Below are positions 15,418 through 16,812 of a stretch of 16,812 nt of DNA, piece after piece; position 1 is the stretch's first letter; the number at the start of each line of letters is the position of its first letter. The stretch is from an uncultured bacterium (lineage in GTDB: Bacteria > Abyssobacteria > SURF-5). Under the pieces are notes generated by a model. That model saw nothing but the letters and a program-made list of their open reading frames with translations. It had not been told where the DNA came from and ran no database searches. Location: positions 1 to 16,812 of the forward strand of contig CAZEBC010000025.1 of the NCBI GenBank assembly GCA_964510165.1, in the 5' to 3' direction. Made by a program: the position numbers and the translations under genes.

Positions 15418-16511
15418 CATCCGCCGAACGCCTGGCAGCGGCCATCGCGCTGAAGGAACCTGATCGCGTACCCGTCTCGCCATTCATCATCTATCACATC
15501 GCCGCCACCGCGGGCATATCCATGCGTGATTACGTGTGGGACGTGGACGCCTGCCACGGCGCCTCTCTGAAGACGTTTCATTACTACGACGACCTGCTCG
15601 ACACCATGAATCTCACGCCCATGCGGTTTGCCTTCACCGCGACTGCGCCCATCCTTTACAGCGCGCTTTACTATGATTGGCGGTTCTTCGACGACGAAAT
15701 GCCGCAGTTCATGGAGAGCGTACAGGCGGGACCGGAGATTTACGCACGCGTGATGAAGAGGGGGTTCACGGCGATGCGGACCTATAAGAGGGTCACGCGC
15801 CGGGAAATCTTGATCACGATGACGCTGCATCTCTTCAAGCACTTCCGCTGGATGAACTACTGGGAGAAGAAGTGCGACGTCGTGCCGTGGCAGCAGGCGA
15901 TCTCGTATCTGCCCGCCGAGATGATGCTGTTTTACAGAGGTGAGCAGGGCTTCACCGACCTGCTCGATTCGCCCGAAAAGATAATCGAGATAAACGAGAA
16001 ATACAATACGAGGATAATCGCGACGACGCTGCGACTCGCAAGAATCCTGCGAGCGCGCAACATCTGCATCCCCAGCCTGAAGTTCTCAAGCTCAATGGTG
16101 TCGCCGCGCATGTTTGAGAGATTCGCCTGGCCCTGGCTCAAACAGCAGGTCCTTGAATACTCGAAGGCCGGATACCTGGTGATTCTTCATCTGGACGGCA
16201 ATTGGAACCCGCTGTTTGAGTATTTCACCGAGCTTCCGCCCGGCTCGGCGGTGATGGAACTCGACATTTCCGACATGTCCCACGCCAAAAGCGTCCTGGG
16301 GAAGACGCTCTGCATCAAGGGAAACGTGGACCCCGCTCTTCTGGCCTTCGGCTCGAAAGAGGAAGTGGAGACCGCCTGCAAGAGGCTGATTGACGGCTGT
16401 GCCTCCGGCGGCGGGTTCATCCTCAGTTCAGGTTGTGAGGCCCCACCCAACTCCAAGCCCGAAAACATCCGGGCGATGCTGCGCTGTGCCGTGGACTACG
16501 GCCGGTATTGA
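15414..16511 (+). CDS. Uroporphyrinogen decarboxylase / MtaA-CmuA methyltransferase family protein
   Basis: MTSAERLAAAIALKEPDRVPV start, SPRMFERFAWP, LHLDG, IKGNVDP, GGFILSSGCEAP..SKPENI. ATGA coupling to the esterase gene. Confidence 0.9.
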   Translation: MTSAERLAAAIALKEPDRVPVSPFIIYHIAATAGISMRDYVWDVDACHGASLKTFHYYDDLLDTMNLTPMRFAFTATAPILYSALYYDWRFFDDEMPQFMESVQAGPEIYARVMKRGFTAMRTYKRVTRREILITMTLHLFKHFRWMNYWEKKCDVVPWQQAISYLPAEMMLFYRGEQGFTDLLDSPEKIIEINEKYNTRIIATTLRLARILRARNICIPSLKFSSSMVSPRMFERFAWPWLKQQVLEYSKAGYLVILHLDGNWNPLFEYFTELPPGSAVMELDISDMSHAKSVLGKTLCIKGNVDPALLAFGSKEEVETACKRLIDGCASGGGFILSSGCEAPPNSKPENIRAMLRCAVDYGRY

Positions 16512-16525
16512 GCAGAAATTTCCTA

Positions 16526-16554
16526 TTGACATACTACATATTGTGTGATATAGT
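16526..16554 (+). promoter_or_regulatory. Sigma70 promoter containing an NrdR-box-like site
   Basis: TTGACA-17-TATAGT; the spacer contains ATACTACATATTGTGT (16531-16546). Confidence 0.65.
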
Positions 16555-16747
16555 TAGGTAGGATACAGGATAGGCTACCATAGGCTATTCTTAGGTATCC
16601 GGGAAACTTTCTGGCGTTAGTGCCTGAAAGCGAGGGTGTGACACATCAAGACGGGGCCGGAACTTGGCCGTCAAAGGCTTCCGAGCATCCGCCCGATGTA
16701 ACCAGCAGTTGAGCCGAAGCGTTGCCGAGTTGATGTGAGTTGCGTGA

Positions 16748-16776
16748 TTGACATTCGGTTCGGCTCAAGGTACAAT
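16748..16776 (+). promoter_or_regulatory. Second sigma70 promoter for a gene beyond the window
   Basis: TTGACA-17-TACAAT. Confidence 0.65.
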
Positions 16777-16812
16777 AGATTTTAGCCTCGCGGCGGATAT
16801 CTCGAAAATCAA

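Noticed and set aside
1-16812. CRISPR array, tRNA/rRNA, integrase or transposase
   Set aside because: No repeat-spacer periodicity, RNA gene signature or recombinase motif seen.

Overview
Window from a GC-rich bacterium, probably an anaerobe. The left half (64-9484) is a coherent respiratory and regulatory module. A minus-strand operon encodes a compact, rearranged Hmc/DsrMK-like transmembrane redox complex: a CCG-domain Fe-S protein, a NarI/HmcE-like cytochrome b, a HybA/HmcB-like 4x[4Fe-4S] protein with no Tat signal, and an NrfD/HybB/HmcC membrane subunit fused to a C-terminal six-heme cytochrome c3-like domain. These are followed by an Rrf1-like receiver, a Cys-rich multi-PAS histidine kinase and a second receiver. 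A near-consensus sigma54 -24/-12 promoter precedes the operon, and a PAS-AAA+-HTH sigma54 activator is transcribed divergently. The middle (9485-12406) holds phased heptamer repeats, an ArfB-like GGQ protein and a cluster of three toxin-antitoxin pairs: BrnT/BrnA-like and RHH/RelE look intact, while Phd/VapC is decayed and fused to a PxKF-like remnant. The right part holds an MFS transporter, a small membrane protein with a possible sigma54 promoter, an esterase coupled to a UroD/MtaA-family gene, several REP-like palindromes, and two sigma70 promoters (one with an NrdR-box-like site) pointing out of the window. All family calls come from motif recognition by eye; no database searches were run.
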